In this document: one piece after another, positions 36,236 to 50,459 of the stretch
Position numbering within the stretch: the first letter of the stretch is position 1
Layout of the letters: every line of letters starts with the position of its first letter
Assembly (NCBI GenBank): GCA_051294375.1
Contig: CM119267.1
Location: 18,454,992-18,518,991 of the forward strand
Direction: 5' to 3'
Length of the DNA: 64,000 nucleotides
From: Paraspadella gotoi
Taxonomy: Eukaryota; Animalia; Chaetognatha
Notes under the pieces: generated by a model
Databases searched by the model: none
What the model saw: only the letters and a program-made list of their open reading frames with translations
Told to the model about the DNA's origin: nothing
Program-made: the position numbers and the translations under genes

Positions 36236-38117
36236 TTAAAACTGTTTCGGCATTGCCGTGTCCGTTCTATTTTTGAGATGACTCTCAGCGACGACGGCGA
36301 AGTGGTCGCGACCTAGCAGCTTATACGCAAGCGGGAGAGTGTTTACCAATACGTCGTGAAATTTTTCGTGGCCGAAGGAGAAGGCGTCAAGAGCGAATTC
36401 GAGCCCCATCCCGTAGTCGCACTCGTCGTTGGCAAACTGCACGAAGGTTAGAATTTCCTGGATTGGGGCAAAGTTTTGTGTCTCCTCCACCGATCCGGCG
36501 GTCGCCGACGTCCACTTGGCGAAAAGTTTTTTCAGGTTCGTGTTTGTTTCTTTTTGTTTTGTTATAATTTTCATGGACAGTTGGCGGAAAAAGAAGAAAA
36601 GCGGAAACATGGTAAAAAAAGAAAAGACATTATTAAACAATGACTTGGAAATGAACAGAGGATGGAGAAAAAGATGATATAAAAGCAGAAAACACTTCGT
36701 GAACGGCATAAATCTCAGCCGGACAAAGTCTCAGCAACGACAACTGCATTCAAAAAAACTCACCGGGTAATTCCCTATAGCCCACTTGAGTCTTCTTATC
36801 GTAGGGCACGACCATTCCGAGTCCGTGCAAAGGTTTGGCCACGACCTTTTTTTCGCGCTGCTTCTCAGCCTCGGTTTTCATGGAGCTATCTACTTCGTGA
36901 CCCTTGACCCTGGCGCGATCCTCCACCGCTTTAGCGAGGGCTTTGATCTTTTGTTTTTTCGCTGCGCGTCGTTCCAGTTTAAAAATACGGTGGCAATGCG
37001 CGGCGACGGCAGAAAAGACATTAGATCCCGCGCGTGACATGACGCATCCTGTCGAGAAGTTGTTTTTATGTTTATCAGTTTCGTCAAATAAGAATAAGGC
37101 TCATGAACCATACCTTTCGACTTGCAAGAAGCCGCTACGAAAGCGGGCATTTCACTGGGATCATCTCGAAAATATCCGAAATGCAAACCTGGAAAGTAAA
37201 TCTTTGAAATAAATTATACATTATACCTTATACAAATCAATATAGTATGAAATAACACCGCGAACCTTCCAACTCTTCAAATTCGTCGGCTGTCTTTGGC
37301 GTGGCTGCGAGGATCGTCGTCATTTCCGGTGGATCGAGAAAGAATCTCCAGTGGAGCGTAAGGTCGGCGTCTGGGGGAATACTCTTTTTACTTCTTTTAA
37401 CGGCTAAAACGTCGAAAGGGCCAACGAGAAGGAGACCGGCGTCGTTGAGGGCGTTGACGGGGCTTAAGGGAGACGTTGAACAACAAAATTCCCAAAAGTC
37501 GTAGAGATCTTTGGGAAATTCCATCGAGTACTTGGCCTTAGATAAAGGCAGAGGGAGATATATCCTGAGGCAGAAACCAATCGAAGAATCTTCATTCGAC
37601 TCAGCTTCTTTCTCACCTTAAGAAAATCCCCGGTCTCGATCGGAGACTCGATTCTCGCATCGTCCCGCACACCGTCCCCGTCCGAAGTTTTTTCTTCGAG
37701 TTTTGTGGGCGAGACAAGCACGAGATAGTCGTCCTCGTCTTCCGAGTCTTTTTCATCTTCCAACGCTAATTTTTTGTCGACCGAATCGGCCCTCGTCTTT
37801 TGTTTCTCCTGGCAATTATCTTTCATTTTCAGCCGTTTAATTTCTTCCCCCGATTCTTCGATAGACGCTTTTCGCTTGCTTCCCGCCGCATGTTCATCTT
37901 TCCCCGGGGATGCGTCGATCATTGCCCCGGCGAGAAGGCTTGCAGACGCCGTAGCCTTCTCGGTATTTTGCTGTTCTTTCGTCATCGTCGGTCCTTTGGG
38001 AAAATCCCGAACCTCGTCTCGTTTATCTTCCTTTCGAGGCGGATGCGAGAACTGTTTCAAGTGCTCGGGATTTTTGCGATAACATTTATCCCAATATTTG
38101 CAGCGAGGTAAAGTCAT
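36236..38117 (-). CDS. HPF1: histone PARylation factor 1 with N-terminal PBZ zinc finger (multi-exon)
   Basis: PBZ CKYWDKCYRKNPEHLKQFSH; LLLVGPFDVL, LHWRFFLDPPE, HFGYFRDDP, HGLGMVVPYDKKTQVGYRELP, VQFANDECDYGMGLE. Confidence 0.92.
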
Positions 38118-38456
38118 TTTCGTTGTAAAAGCTGAAAACTAAACCAAAAATTATAAATAGAATCTTATTTACAAAAACAATAAATATGTTACGAATGTTA
38201 GAGCCAACGAGGTTATTTGCGACCAAAAAAGCGACAGAAGAAAAAAATTTCTGCAATGCTTTCAAATCTTGTACAAAAAATAAAAAAATATAACAAAAAA
38301 GTACGACTTATGGGCACCAACAATAACGTAATCTATGCTTGCCGCTATCAAGAAAATAAATCTCGACAGTTAACGAAAATTTCTAATCACAGTGGGGAGA
38401 GGGTCATTGCAGTAACAAGTATACCCTTATCACGAGCTCTTTTGTAAGCCTCCGAG

Positions 38457-41400
38457 TTATATGGGCAGATTTTCTTCGTGCGTGGAAGCTACAGCGGCCA
38501 ACAACGGTACGTCCGACATTTCAAATCCCAATAAATTCCTTAATTCTCGCTTATCCCGACACCTCCATTCCTGCAACGAGGGAAGAATCTTGTTAAAGAT
38601 CAAACTCTTGAAATAAATCTCCTGTAACTTGTCTTCGAGCTGCATGAGACACATTTCGGGCGCGGCGTTTGCAGCCGAGACGCGAAACAAGTCTCGCAAA
38701 GACTCTGTCATGCCAACGACGAGATTGGCTGGAGTAACTGGAACGGGTGTTTTGGGATCGGACGCCTGACTCGAGTAAAGATCAACGGTGTAGTTGTCGA
38801 GGTCGGCGACGATGCAGGATCCACTTAGGATTCTCTCGTCTAAAAATGAGTTTTCAACTTGTTGCGATAAGTGCTGAGGAAGTGTCTGTATGAACGTCCG
38901 GTCAGAAGTTCCTTGGAGAGCAAAATCAGGCCGAAACGCGACGTGGAAGTTACCCAAAAGTGAGTAGCCGAGATTTCCGGCCCACGGGTAATCGAGCATA
39001 AAAGGGTCATTGACCGAACATCCATCTCCTCCCGTTGCATCCTCCATTCGCACGCAAGGAAGTTCGGTGGCGTCGAGGTCGGTCAAACTCGACGCAAATC
39101 GATTTCTTAATTCCGGGGCGACATCACGCGCCGATGCAATCTTGCCGCGCTTCGACGCTTCGCAAAATGATTCTTCCTTCAACGTCGAAGCACGACGCTT
39201 GGGTTCTTCTTCTTCCAGGGTCAGAGGTGGAATGAGAAGGAGCTCCTTGGGCGCGGGGGAGACATCCTTGGAGGCGCCACCGCTCTGAATAGATTCGAAG
39301 CCCTCGTCCGACTGACAAGTGGAAGAAGCTTTTGAGCTGGATCCAGAGTCAACAGAGTTGGCATCGCCTCGAAACATCGATGGCGAGAGCTCCGATGTCT
39401 TTCTCGATATGGAAACATCGTCAACCACGAGAGCGTCCTTTTCGCGCTTATGATCACAATCAGCTCGGTCGATGACGTCTTCAACGTTCGGCAACAAACT
39501 CACCCCTACGGCGCCGCGGTTGATTGGAACAGTCTCAAAGCAACCAGAATCCTCAAACCGTCGGCTAGGCAGATCGGCGGGACGATTCGCCTGGTCCGGT
39601 GCGGTGGGAGAAACGGGCGCATCGATAGTTCTTGATTCATCGCCGAGTGTCTGTGGACGCCGTTCCAACACAGTGTTGGATCGAGGTCGACACATCGGAA
39701 GGCCATCGTCGCTTCGATCGTCGTCGCTGCTGTCGATGTCGTCAGTTTTTGTAGACTCGACAGTCTTATCGTCGAAATCTCGGGGCAGAGCAGCGACGAC
39801 GGTGTCGACGCTGCGAGTGGAGACGGTGCTCTCTTGAAACAACAATTGGTTTAAAGCTTGATCCCAAAAGTCCGTCGGAAACGAGGCTGAAGAAAAAGTT
39901 GAGCCAGTAATAATTAGCCAAGACGATATTCGTTTGTCAAAAATAAGAAAAAAAAATCATTTAATAAACTTACCGGGACATTCGGCGGTAAGGTCCGAAC
40001 ACCTAATGAAATAGCTGAGAACAAACAGCAGGTCCCGAACGACTTCTTTTTTCGATCCGACAAGGACGGTTTGAGTGACTTTTAGCGGAAAGGCGACGGC
40101 GCCGAAAAGGTCGCCCAGTTGACCCCAAAGGGGGTTGTAAGAACTGGTCTTGACAAGTTCATCCAGCCAAGGGGCAACGCGCTTCTGGAGATACTGTCGA
40201 GATTTCGCCGACGGCGGCGTGATCGAAGGTGAAACTGTGGTCACCCACGCCAGATGATGCGTGAGAACTGCGGTGAGCAAAGAGCTGAAGAAGAAATTGG
40301 AATGTTTCGTGTCCAACCGGTCGACGAGTTGAGATAGCTTCCACAAGAGGCTGTAACAGACGGCGCGTCGATCGGCCACGCCGCCGCTTTTGTTGGTAGC
40401 CGAGGGAAAATTCGAGGTCGCCGACGTAAGGCGAAGCCACGCCGGGTGAGGAAGGCGAGGCGAAGAGATGAGATCGTAAAGGTGGGCGCGAAAGGTTTCA
40501 AGCGCCGCGGTCAAGGCGTGAATGAAGTCTTTCTTGTTGCAGATGGCTGCTTCAACGGCGACGCGAAGCCGTCTGAGTCGAGCCTCAAGCAGCGCCGCGT
40601 GAGTAAAAAGGAAAGTTTTAATAGCGAGAACCGTTTGATGTGACGCGTCATCGTCGAGAGAAATGATGACTGACAGCGCAAGTTTGGATGGCGCGGGTTT
40701 CTGTAGACAAAAAAGGAAGGATTAACAAATTATTTATTTACGTATTTATATAATAACTTTTTTTAAATAAAAGGAATGCTCAGTTTTGCTCATTGATCAT
40801 GCTATCGACCCATAAACAAAAATACGTATCGTTAAGATTTTTCATGTAAACAAAGGAGCTTAAAAGGCGCTTTCGAGATAAGTTTAGTCACCGAAATTGA
40901 AATTAAATTTACCATGATGGAAAAAAAAATTGTCACGGTTTGGAAAAGTCGGTTAATTTCATTATTAAATATATTTTTTAGCTAATAAATAAGTTTTAAT
41001 ATATAATATGATCTTTTTAAGAATGAATAAAAATATTTTTTAATATCATTAAATTATTTAACACACCTATTTTTGAACAAAAGGATTATTTACATTATTA
41101 TTAATTACTATTAATCATCATTTGTTATTTTGTATTAACCTTTCTCTTTTCTTATACAGATCATGTGATATAATTATTGATCAGCCCATGTCGGGGTTTT
41201 ATATTATGATCTATTTTCTCAGTTCCTTATTCTAAACATTTCAAATGATTAATAATGCCTTTGGCCGTCCTTACCTTTTGCTGCAGATTGAGCATGATTT
41301 CACAAGAATCTTATTTGATCTCCAATAACCACCGAACTTACCCAAACCGTTTCAAGCTGAATCGAGGTGAGCTCTCTACCATAAATACCGCTCATCAATT

Positions 41401-43957
41401 ACAATTATACCTCAGATATAAAATTTTTTATAATAAATAATTAAAAAAATTAATCCCCTATAAAATAAACTAAGCTTGAATTATTACTGCATAATGAAAT
41501 GATTTATTGTCTTTAACTTCAATAAAATTTTTGATTTTTTTTTTAAACTCGTTTGATACTTGATTCTGATAATATATCTAAAAATAAATAAAAATAATAA
41601 CTTTGCTTACAAAAAAATAACCTGAAGCCTTATAACTTTTATTAATACTTTATAATATAAAAAATATTCTGAAATATTTACAATATTAATATATTTTTAA
41701 TATCATTTTTTATATATTAATTAAGATTCATCCCTGAATTTATCTTAATGGAAATGATACAATAACCATTTGATATGAGATAGAAAAAAAATATGCATAT
41801 GAAAAAGATAAAAAAGAATAACATTTTTTTAGACAACTCATTTTCTTTTGTATAGAACTCTTTTTTATCGTACATAAATAATATAAAACTAAAAAAAATT
41901 ACAAAAAAACAAAATTTATCAATATTTAAATTTTATTTTTCGAATCTTACTGCGACAATTTTTTTTCCATCACGGTATTATCATTCATCATCGCCTCTTG
42001 GATTATGTCACCGACCTTCCCACTCGAAGATATCGAACTTTTCGAGAACTTATTCTCCAAATTTTGTCGACTGCCAAACTTCTCGCCCGCATTGCCATCC
42101 GAATGATTGTTTCGACCCATAAGTTCCAAAGAAGTGACTTGATTGCGCATCCATCGTTTATGGACGGACGCGTAACTGCTGCTCAAAGCTGAGCTAACAT
42201 TGCTGCTGCAAGTGCTGCTAGACGGAGACAAGCTGCGAAAATGACGACAGGGAGATTTGTAGGAGTCACTCGTGGAGCTGGAGTAGCTTGAGGGGATTAA
42301 TTGTTCTTCGTCTGAAAAGGAAGTTAAGAAATAAATTAGGTTTATGACGTTGGGCTTGTTAATTTGTAAAATCGACGTTATCATACCATCAGGTCCGCGA
42401 AGCGACAGAAAAGGAACGTCAACGGGTTTAGACTTTGAAAGCATCCGCTGTTCGACTCCTCCATCGGGACCCAAGCTCGTCGAAGAGGCCGACTTTCCCA
42501 CCGGGACGCTCCTCTGGATCGAAGGACTAGGTCTGTCTTGATGTCTCTTCTGAGAATTCGCCAAGTTGCCGTGACTGCTGCAACCGCGGCGAATCGTCGG
42601 GGTCGATGCTGGAGAAGTCGACGACGGCAACTGATTCGGACTCAACGCGACTTCCGGCTCGAGACGCTGAGGGTCCGACTCGTGGGACGAGAGTTGAACG
42701 TAAAAGCGACTGTTGGACGAGAGCGGATGAGTCGGAGGAAGAAGAGCGGGTCCAGGATCGGATTCAATCGAGAGGCGATCCGACGACAGGCTCGACTACA
42801 GGAAACGAAGAAGGATGTTTATTTTTTGTCTCTCTGTCTCTCCCTCTCTGTCTCTCTTTCTCACCGTATTGTCTTTTGAATTATTAGCAGTTCCCGGCAA
42901 AAAGGTAAACACTTCCGATAACATGAGTTGATGCGGGGCCCGTATCTCGTGAATCTTCAAGTTTGATCCGGCAGATTTCATTGGAAGTGCGCCAAAGGCC
43001 ATCTCGCCTAGGTGAGTTGAAAAGTTAAAAATAAAAATAATCGCCACACTACACTTAAAAATTACTCAAATTCAAATTAACCCAGCATTTTGACGTCTGG
43101 CGATAACTTGCAGAGCTGGTACTTCACGTTGCCGGAAACCGTGAAATGTGGCGCCGACTGTGTTGGCGACGGTTTCGGCAGCGACTTGGCTCGCGCGTTC
43201 TCCGGCAATTCCAGAGGTAGAATTAGCGAGGAGCCGCAAGGTCGAACCCCGCGAGGCCATGATCTAGCGGGCATCGAAAAGTAAAAAAAACAAAAAAATG
43301 AACATATCGCGTCAGGAAGTCATTATTATATTATCTTAGATTCTAACATTTCCCTACCAAGAATGAGAAATGAGTTCGCGTTGAATTCTCATTAAATTTT
43401 AATTATGGACGTACTTGGTTAACGAACAGGATATTTAAAATCAAGAATATCTCGCTTTATTTTTAAATACAAAGTAAACATTAAAACTGAAAAATCGATT
43501 CCGGTTAACCGAAGACCGACGACGAGACGAAAAAAAAGTTGATAAAAATCATCGGAATTACCTCGAGGCCTCGCAGCGAAGTTTACATGACTGATTGGCC
43601 TGAGTCGGCGGGGTTTCCTCGACTCGACGAATCGCCTTCGAGTCATAAAGCGGAACTCGAGCCGATCCTCGCTCCTCCAAAACCACCAGCCTGAGAGATG
43701 ACAGAGGAGAAAAAGGGCGGATTGGTTTTGACGGGATAAGAAAAAAAACAAACAAGAAATGTAATTGCAGTGCAACTTAATACATATTCTGAAATAATTC
43801 TATGATATTTCGACAGTTGTATTTATATTTTTAGGTGTACTCACCGCACGGAAGACTTTTCAAAGGCCAACGGCAAAGGTGGGTCGTTGTTGACGACGTC
43901 GAATTCAGCCGAAGCCGTCGAAAATTTTCTGCCGAACAATTTGGCAAAGACGCTCAT
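38457..43957 (-). CDS. FNIP1: folliculin-interacting protein (multi-exon)
   Basis: MSVFAKLFG..R/LVVLEERG..LYDS; LGEMAFGALPM..LKIHEIR; LLTAVLTHHLAWVTTV; YNPLWGQLGDLFGA; VLSYFIRCS; CIVADLDNYTV; LEDKLQEIYFKS; SDVPLLAAVASTH. Orthology to FNIP1 versus FNIP2 is not resolvable. Confidence 0.92.
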
Positions 43958-44102
43958 CGTTTCCTCTCTGGTTGTTTTCGGAGATTGATTCACGTCGTCC
44001 GGTGCATCCTCCTATCGGTCGGCCCTCGGGCAGAGCAGCGCGGAGGACGAGTGTAACTCGAGCGCGAAGAGCTTTTTTATTACGATCGAAGCGTATCGAT
44101 GG

Positions 44103-44210
<108 letters not shown>

Positions 44211-45863
44211 AGTCCAACGGGCAGATAACGTTGGGAAACGACCTCGACGAAATCCCCTGAGAGCGGCTCCCCCCCCTCCAGAAAAATAAAAAGAAAAACG
44301 ACGACGACGGCAACGGTCGCTCGAAATAAAACGTCACGTGACTGGAAAAACCGGATTTGGCCGTTGGCCGTCGAAGAGAAAGAAAGACGAGCGAGAAAAT
44401 AATCCCTCGCGCTCGATCATCGTCGTTCGGCCGCCGATCGGGGAAAGAAAATTCGGACCGAGAACCGTTTCGATAACAGTTCGTCGCCGCGATTGTCTCT
44501 TCTTTTTCCGTTCGCAGTCCTCGTTGACAGAGATTCGGGTTTTTTTTTTTTCCTTTTTACTTCCTAGTAGGAATCCTACTCAAGGGAGACGAAAATCGGA
44601 AGCTCTCGCGGGAGGGATGATAAAACCGTTGGAGAGAAGGACAGGAGACTACATTTTGGAATTTGTTTTGGATTTGTACTAAGCGTTTTATATATCAGAC
44701 GGTATAACTAAGTCATTGGATTTCTTTCAAGAGGTCGATGACGAATCAGGATTGGTTGGGATTCGAAGCTCGACTTTGTCATTTTCAAGATTTCTGAATT
44801 CGAGCACATGATGACGAAAAATAAATGAGTTTTCGATTTCTGTCCGGATCGGAAATTGTATTCTTTTTTTTTTAATCGTCGAGGAAACACTAGGTCCTCA
44901 AGTTACTTATTTAGGCGTTTTTCTTTTTATTTTCCTTTTCTGGATCGAAGCTAAGGGAGCGACTGGAAGAAGAGAACCGCCACGCCGACACTCATTTTTT
45001 TTTAGAGTCAGATGATCATTGATCACGAGTTTGGAATTAGGACCGACGCAATAAACAGAAAATACAAAACTCCTACTCGTCAGATTGTGAAACATTTAAT
45101 CGAAAGATTTCTTATGGAAAAAAAAGGAGGTGGGTCCTAAAAATAAAAACGAAAGCATAAATGGGGTGTGTAAAGAGAAAAACGTAAAAAATAAATGTAT
45201 ATAGTACGCGAGGTAAAGGTAAATACAGTTTCACATGTACAAATAAATAATTTCATATTTTAAACAATTACAGAAAATAAATTTCGTTCTGAACATTTCA
45301 CCAAGGTTGTTAAATTTGAATATTTTTTAAAAATCGGTACAAAAATAACATTTCAAACCACAATATTATTAGCATAGATAAAGATTTTGCTAAAAAAAGT
45401 AAAATGGTGGTAAAGGACATCCACAATAACAGAAACCAAATAAATGGCGACCATAACTTTTTTTTATTATTAGACGAAAAAGGTTTTAAGACTTCAATCG
45501 GGTAACCATCAAAAAATAACTAAGAGAAACAATGATAATTGTAATCAATCATGTATTTTAGTAGTCGTTTTTTTTTTCTCGCATCTTGCGGTTTTGAGGA
45601 CTTTGGTGTCAGCTACTGTGGATGTCTGTGTACTTGACTAGATTAAAGTGGGATCTTTACCACAAAAGAAAAAAAAATCGGATTTTAAGTATTCGCAGGC
45701 ACTTGTTTTTCTCAGTTTAACCACGTACATACACGACGTGTTTTTTTTCAATTGAGCAAAGGCCGACGCCCTAAAACATAAAACAAAACAATTCAAGATA
45801 TTGCGAGATTCGGAAAAAGAAAAAGAAATATTGGCCGAAATCCCCTCCCGCTCCCAATCTCCA

Positions 45864-46979
45864 TCATACGACATCAAAGAAGTCCCTGCCGATTTCCTCG
45901 GATGCCACGCTGAGGGTGCGATTCCGCTCTATTTCGATCGAAGAAGCGTCCTTAGTTCGAGCTTCTCGCTCCACTTCAATCCCGTTTCCTCCAACATTTC
46001 GCTCAGCCTCGTCGATTTTCTCCTTCAACCGCAGGAGGCTGTTCACTGCCGCAGATTCTTCCTCCAGTCGCTCGTCAACCATCCGCTTGTAGAACTTAAA
46101 GGCGAAGGCGACGAGTAGGATGAGGAGTGGAATGACGACGGCGACGCCCACGTAGGAGGCGATCGGGGATAAGCGGACGAACTTGATCCAGCAAAGCAGA
46201 CCAACCTCTACGAGGAAGAGAAGGATGCCAATACCGGTGGAGAAGATCCAAGCGATCTCCACGAAAAACCGCAGGGATTCGTAGGGTATTTCGTCGAGGG
46301 CTGATAAGCTAAAACATGAAGGGTTGGGAAATCTCTGTTTCGTAAAGATAACCAGAAAACGCATCGACAATAGCAAGGCAAAAAAGAAAATTTCTAACCT
46401 TAAACCGCTTGGTTTCTTGAGAATTTTCCATCTGTTATTCACACCGCTTGTTAAGCGAGATGGAGGGTTGACGGTTTCGAGTGAGGGTAGAATGCAAGTC
46501 GAGATCAGCAGTGACAAAGTGTGAGTGGCGATGAGGAGCGTCGTCACCGCAGCAAAGATCGCGTACCACACTTTGTCATCCTCTGTCGGCGAATTGTTGA
46601 GTTGCAATTCCACCTAGATTAACAATAATTATCTTGTAAGAGTGATGGAGGCCTTAAACCACCAAAGCCTGTCCAAAGTCAGGGGCAAGATAGCTTATTT
46701 ATTAAATGAATGGATAACTTTTATATTGGTTGTACCGATTTCATAAAGGCTTAGACATAGCCGGGGAAACAGAAAAATAATTTTTTCCCCAAGTAAACTG
46801 TCAATTTTATAAATACGAACCATAGCGACCATGGCGAAGCCGCTGAGCAAGGCGGACGTTCTCGATGTGGCTTTGAGCTTGGCGCGGTCCAAGAGGAATC
46901 TCCGCCAACGCCTCGACGAAGGCGATCGGGAGTTGGCTAATGGATCTCTGTTTTCGCTGCGCTTTTCCAAGCCCTCCAT
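45864..46979 (-). CDS. ORAI1: ORAI calcium release-activated calcium channel (3 exons)
   Basis: [27 protein letters not shown] (selectivity Glu), [38 protein letters not shown]. Confidence 0.93.
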
Positions 46980-47571
46980 GACGTTGGCGAAAGTGTAGCG
47001 GAAACATTCTCATCACAGTCTTTTGATTTTCATGCTCTCTGAGAGATTAGCGTTTTTGACAGAGCGAGATTTATCTATCAATGGCCAAAATTAAAGTTTT
47101 TCTAGTTATATTAATTTAAAGGAAGGATATTTCCATATTAATGCTTTTAAAACAGCTATTCACGAATTAAAAAAAAAATATTTTTATAAACCATGTGCAT
47201 TGTGCAATTTTGTGAACAAATGCCCAACAAAAGCACTTAGGCAACTGCACAGGATCAGTTGGAAGTTGCCAATAGGGTGGGATAGCTTTTACTTTTATTT
47301 TGTTCACCTTATCTACCGTAGAAGAAATTTGTCACGTTTCGTAAATTTTTATTTTTTATAAAGACACGGGTAGTGGGTGAGCGGAAAAACAAGAATAGGT
47401 TAAGAATTGTAGGTTTGCTCAGTAAAGTTTATTGAAATATTCATTACGTAAGTAAATTCTGAAAATTTTCTCAAGACGATTTGAACGAATTAAATAAATT
47501 TTCTAGGTAAATATTGATATCAAAATGGACTAAAGGCGACTGTTCATTCCTTCTCAGCAGCATAGCCACAA

Positions 47572-47670
47572 ATGCAACGGGTCCTACCTTTGTAATAACC
47601 AGGTTTAGGCGGTTGCCACGCAGGAACGATACGGGATTGGTATCGAACTCGGGACCATGAGCCACCGGGA
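47572..47670 (-). mobile_element. decayed, internally deleted family 1 copy
   Basis: The reverse complement shares CCCGGTGGCTCAT, GGTCCCGAGTTCGATACC (B-box), CCTGCG, CCGCCT, CCTGGTT and AGGACCCGTT-CAT in the same order as 865-1025. Confidence 0.55.
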
Positions 47671-48250
47671 CATTGAAAAGGACAAGTTCAAAAGGCATAT
47701 TTTTCTATACCGCTTAAATTAAACCATAACAAAACACCGACCAAACGAAAAATATTTTTTATTTAATCAGCAAGTTAAGCGTTTTTTTAAAAAAATCTTG
47801 AATTGATTATATTTTAAGCTTATGTACTATTTGTATAAAAAATTAAGTCTGAGGTACTAAATAGTCAAATTAAATTTAAATCCAATTATATTAAAATGAA
47901 AGGAGGGGAATAGAATGCAGGTAATGAGATCAGACTGATGGCGAAATAAAAATGACAAACTATCGCTAAACCGACAAGGCATTAAAATTAGGAGTAAAAA
48001 TATCTAAGCCAACTCATATTTGCACCTCAAATTTTAATTTATTTAGAGGGCCCAAAAGACAAATTACAGTAAAACTCATTATGAGAAAAATAATAATAAT
48101 CGAATAAATCGTGACTTAGAATTTTATTTACAAAAAATGAGAAAAATTGCAAACCAAAACAAAGAATTTCAAAAAACAGGGTTAACTTCGGCCGACGAGT
48201 CCAAGGGATTCAAGTCCCAAAAAGAAGCGCTACTCTCGCTCCGCTCCATA

Positions 48251-49801
48251 TTAATTGGAGTAGAGATTCTGGAGTCTGTCGCAAGAGGGAGTCTTATAGT
48301 TTTTACCCTTTTCGAAAAGGTTGGGGTCGTTGAATTGTCTCGCCCGCCACAGGGTGTTCTCCTTCAAGGAGCGTTCTTGGAGGCATTTTCCCCGCAGTTG
48401 GCTAACCCAGTCATCCTCGACGCCGCGCTCGACCTGACGAAGGCTGCCCCGATAATCCTTAAGGAAGTCAGGCTTGACGTAGTAGGTGACGCCGAATCTT
48501 TGGGTGACCCGGCGGTTGCTGTACTTGTCCGTTTGGTGAAGGGAGTAGGGCGAGTCTTGAACAAAGAAACTCGAAGCCAAAGACAGGACGATGAGAAGCA
48601 GAATGGGCATCAGTTGAACAAAAAGCGTGTATGTTGACTCCTGAAGTTAAATAGTATGTAGATAAATAGTAATAAAAAAACCCAAAAAAATCACTTTATT
48701 ACAAACTGTTTTTATTCAAAAAGCGAAGAAAATATCTCGAAATATAATGTTAATAACAATAAACTAAAAGCCAAGGAAAAACTCATAAAAACAGTGAATA
48801 TTAATATTTGAAAAACCAGCAAGTCGGCTGTCTCCTTAGCATCAATAGAGATTGGGGATAAAGAAAAAAGACTGCTACCTTTAGTCAAGCTTCAGTAAGA
48901 CGGGCATCGCTTTTTAAAGCGCAGGTCATGAAAACAACTAACGTTTCTCACTTGTGGTTGGGATTGTTGACTATTGTGACTATGTTGATGACCGGATCTG
49001 AAGTTTCTCCGATGTACGTAAACGTTGTTGCTCGGCATTCCGCCGCCGAAGAACATGTTGAATAGCTCCTCGGCCGAAATATCAGCTTCGAAGCCCCGCG
49101 TGTAGTCGTCATGGTAGCGATGTCGCCGGCTCGTCCGCACCGTGGGTTCGTCTGCGCCGTACAAGTCGTACTTTTCCTTTTTCTCCGGATCACTGTTTCA
49201 ACGGAGGAAAAGGACAAAATTAAGAAAAGTCGTGATGACCTGCAAAAGATTATCTGTTGGACATAATAGATATATATATATATATATGTTCTTGCCTCAG
49301 AACGGCGAATGCGTTGCCAACGGCCTTGAATGCTTCCGTCGCCCCGGGGGCTTTGTTTTTGTCCGGGTGAAGCTGCAACGCTAGTTTGCGGTAGGCCTTC
49401 TTCAAAGTGTTCTCGTCGAAGTCCTTGGGCACGCCGAGGATTTCGTAGTAATCCTTACATTTCCGCACTTTCTTCACGGTCTCCATCTGATCGGGAGTAT
49501 AATCCTTCTCTGCGGAGGAACCGCAAGGTCTGGACGCCGACGGACTGGCGCCATTTTGGTAAGACGACGGCTTTGATCTCCTGGTGGCATCTCCGTCGCC
49601 CGTGGGAGGCGGCGACGGGGACGGCGACGATTGGGTGGGTCGGTTCTCCTTTATGATAGCCAGGAGCTCTTTGGCTTGACGGGTCGGGTAAAGTTTCTCC
49701 GCTTTCTCCAAAAACCGTTGAGCCTTCTCCGCGTTTCCTTCCGCAATGCAACGCCGGGCGATGTCGATGCAGCGCTGGCATTCGTCTTTGTTGCCTTCCA
49801 T
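48251..49801 (-). CDS. DNAJB12: DnaJ homolog subfamily B member 12/14 (3 exons)
   Basis: [20 protein letters not shown]; J domain [31 protein letters not shown]; [18 protein letters not shown]; TM segment plus DUF1977 (YYVKPDF..SCDRL). Confidence 0.93.
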
Positions 49802-50459
49802 TTCGGATGAGTGGCCGAAGCTCCTTTCTCCCGAGATATGTTTTTGTCTCAGAAAAAAGTTAGGACAAGGGAGCTTTGTACAGTGCCTCCGTATTACATC
49901 GATTTCATTTTTCTTTCCACGGTATGATTTTTATCAAAATTATTGAAAAATAAATTTAAAATTCTGCGTTATCAAAATATTTTTTCATAAAAAAGATCAA
50001 CCAGCGAAAAATTGACCTACATAGATCGATTTACAGGAAAACAATTTATTTTGTAAAAGGGCTTTCTTCGTCATGAAAAAGCATGAGAGATAAAGTAAAA
50101 AAAAGTTGTATACCATTTCATATCACAATTCATAAAACCAAATAGGGGGTAGAGAATCAGGCATAAGGAGCAATAATTGGCCTGCGGCATGCAATGAAAC
50201 GCTTGCGGCACAAGTTGTGCTCGACATTTTACAACAAATCGACTAGTTTCGGTATCAAATTATCTGTGATAATTAGAAATTCAAAGAATTTTTTTTTAAA
50301 ATCCCATAGAGCCTCTAGAAAGTATTTTCACCAGAATAATTTGTAGAGTCGGGTTAAATTAAATTACTTATTTCTAACAGAATCATATAATATTGATTGG
50401 AAAAGAAATTTACTAACCATAAAATTACACACTGACCAATATTTTTTTGGGGGGGAAGA

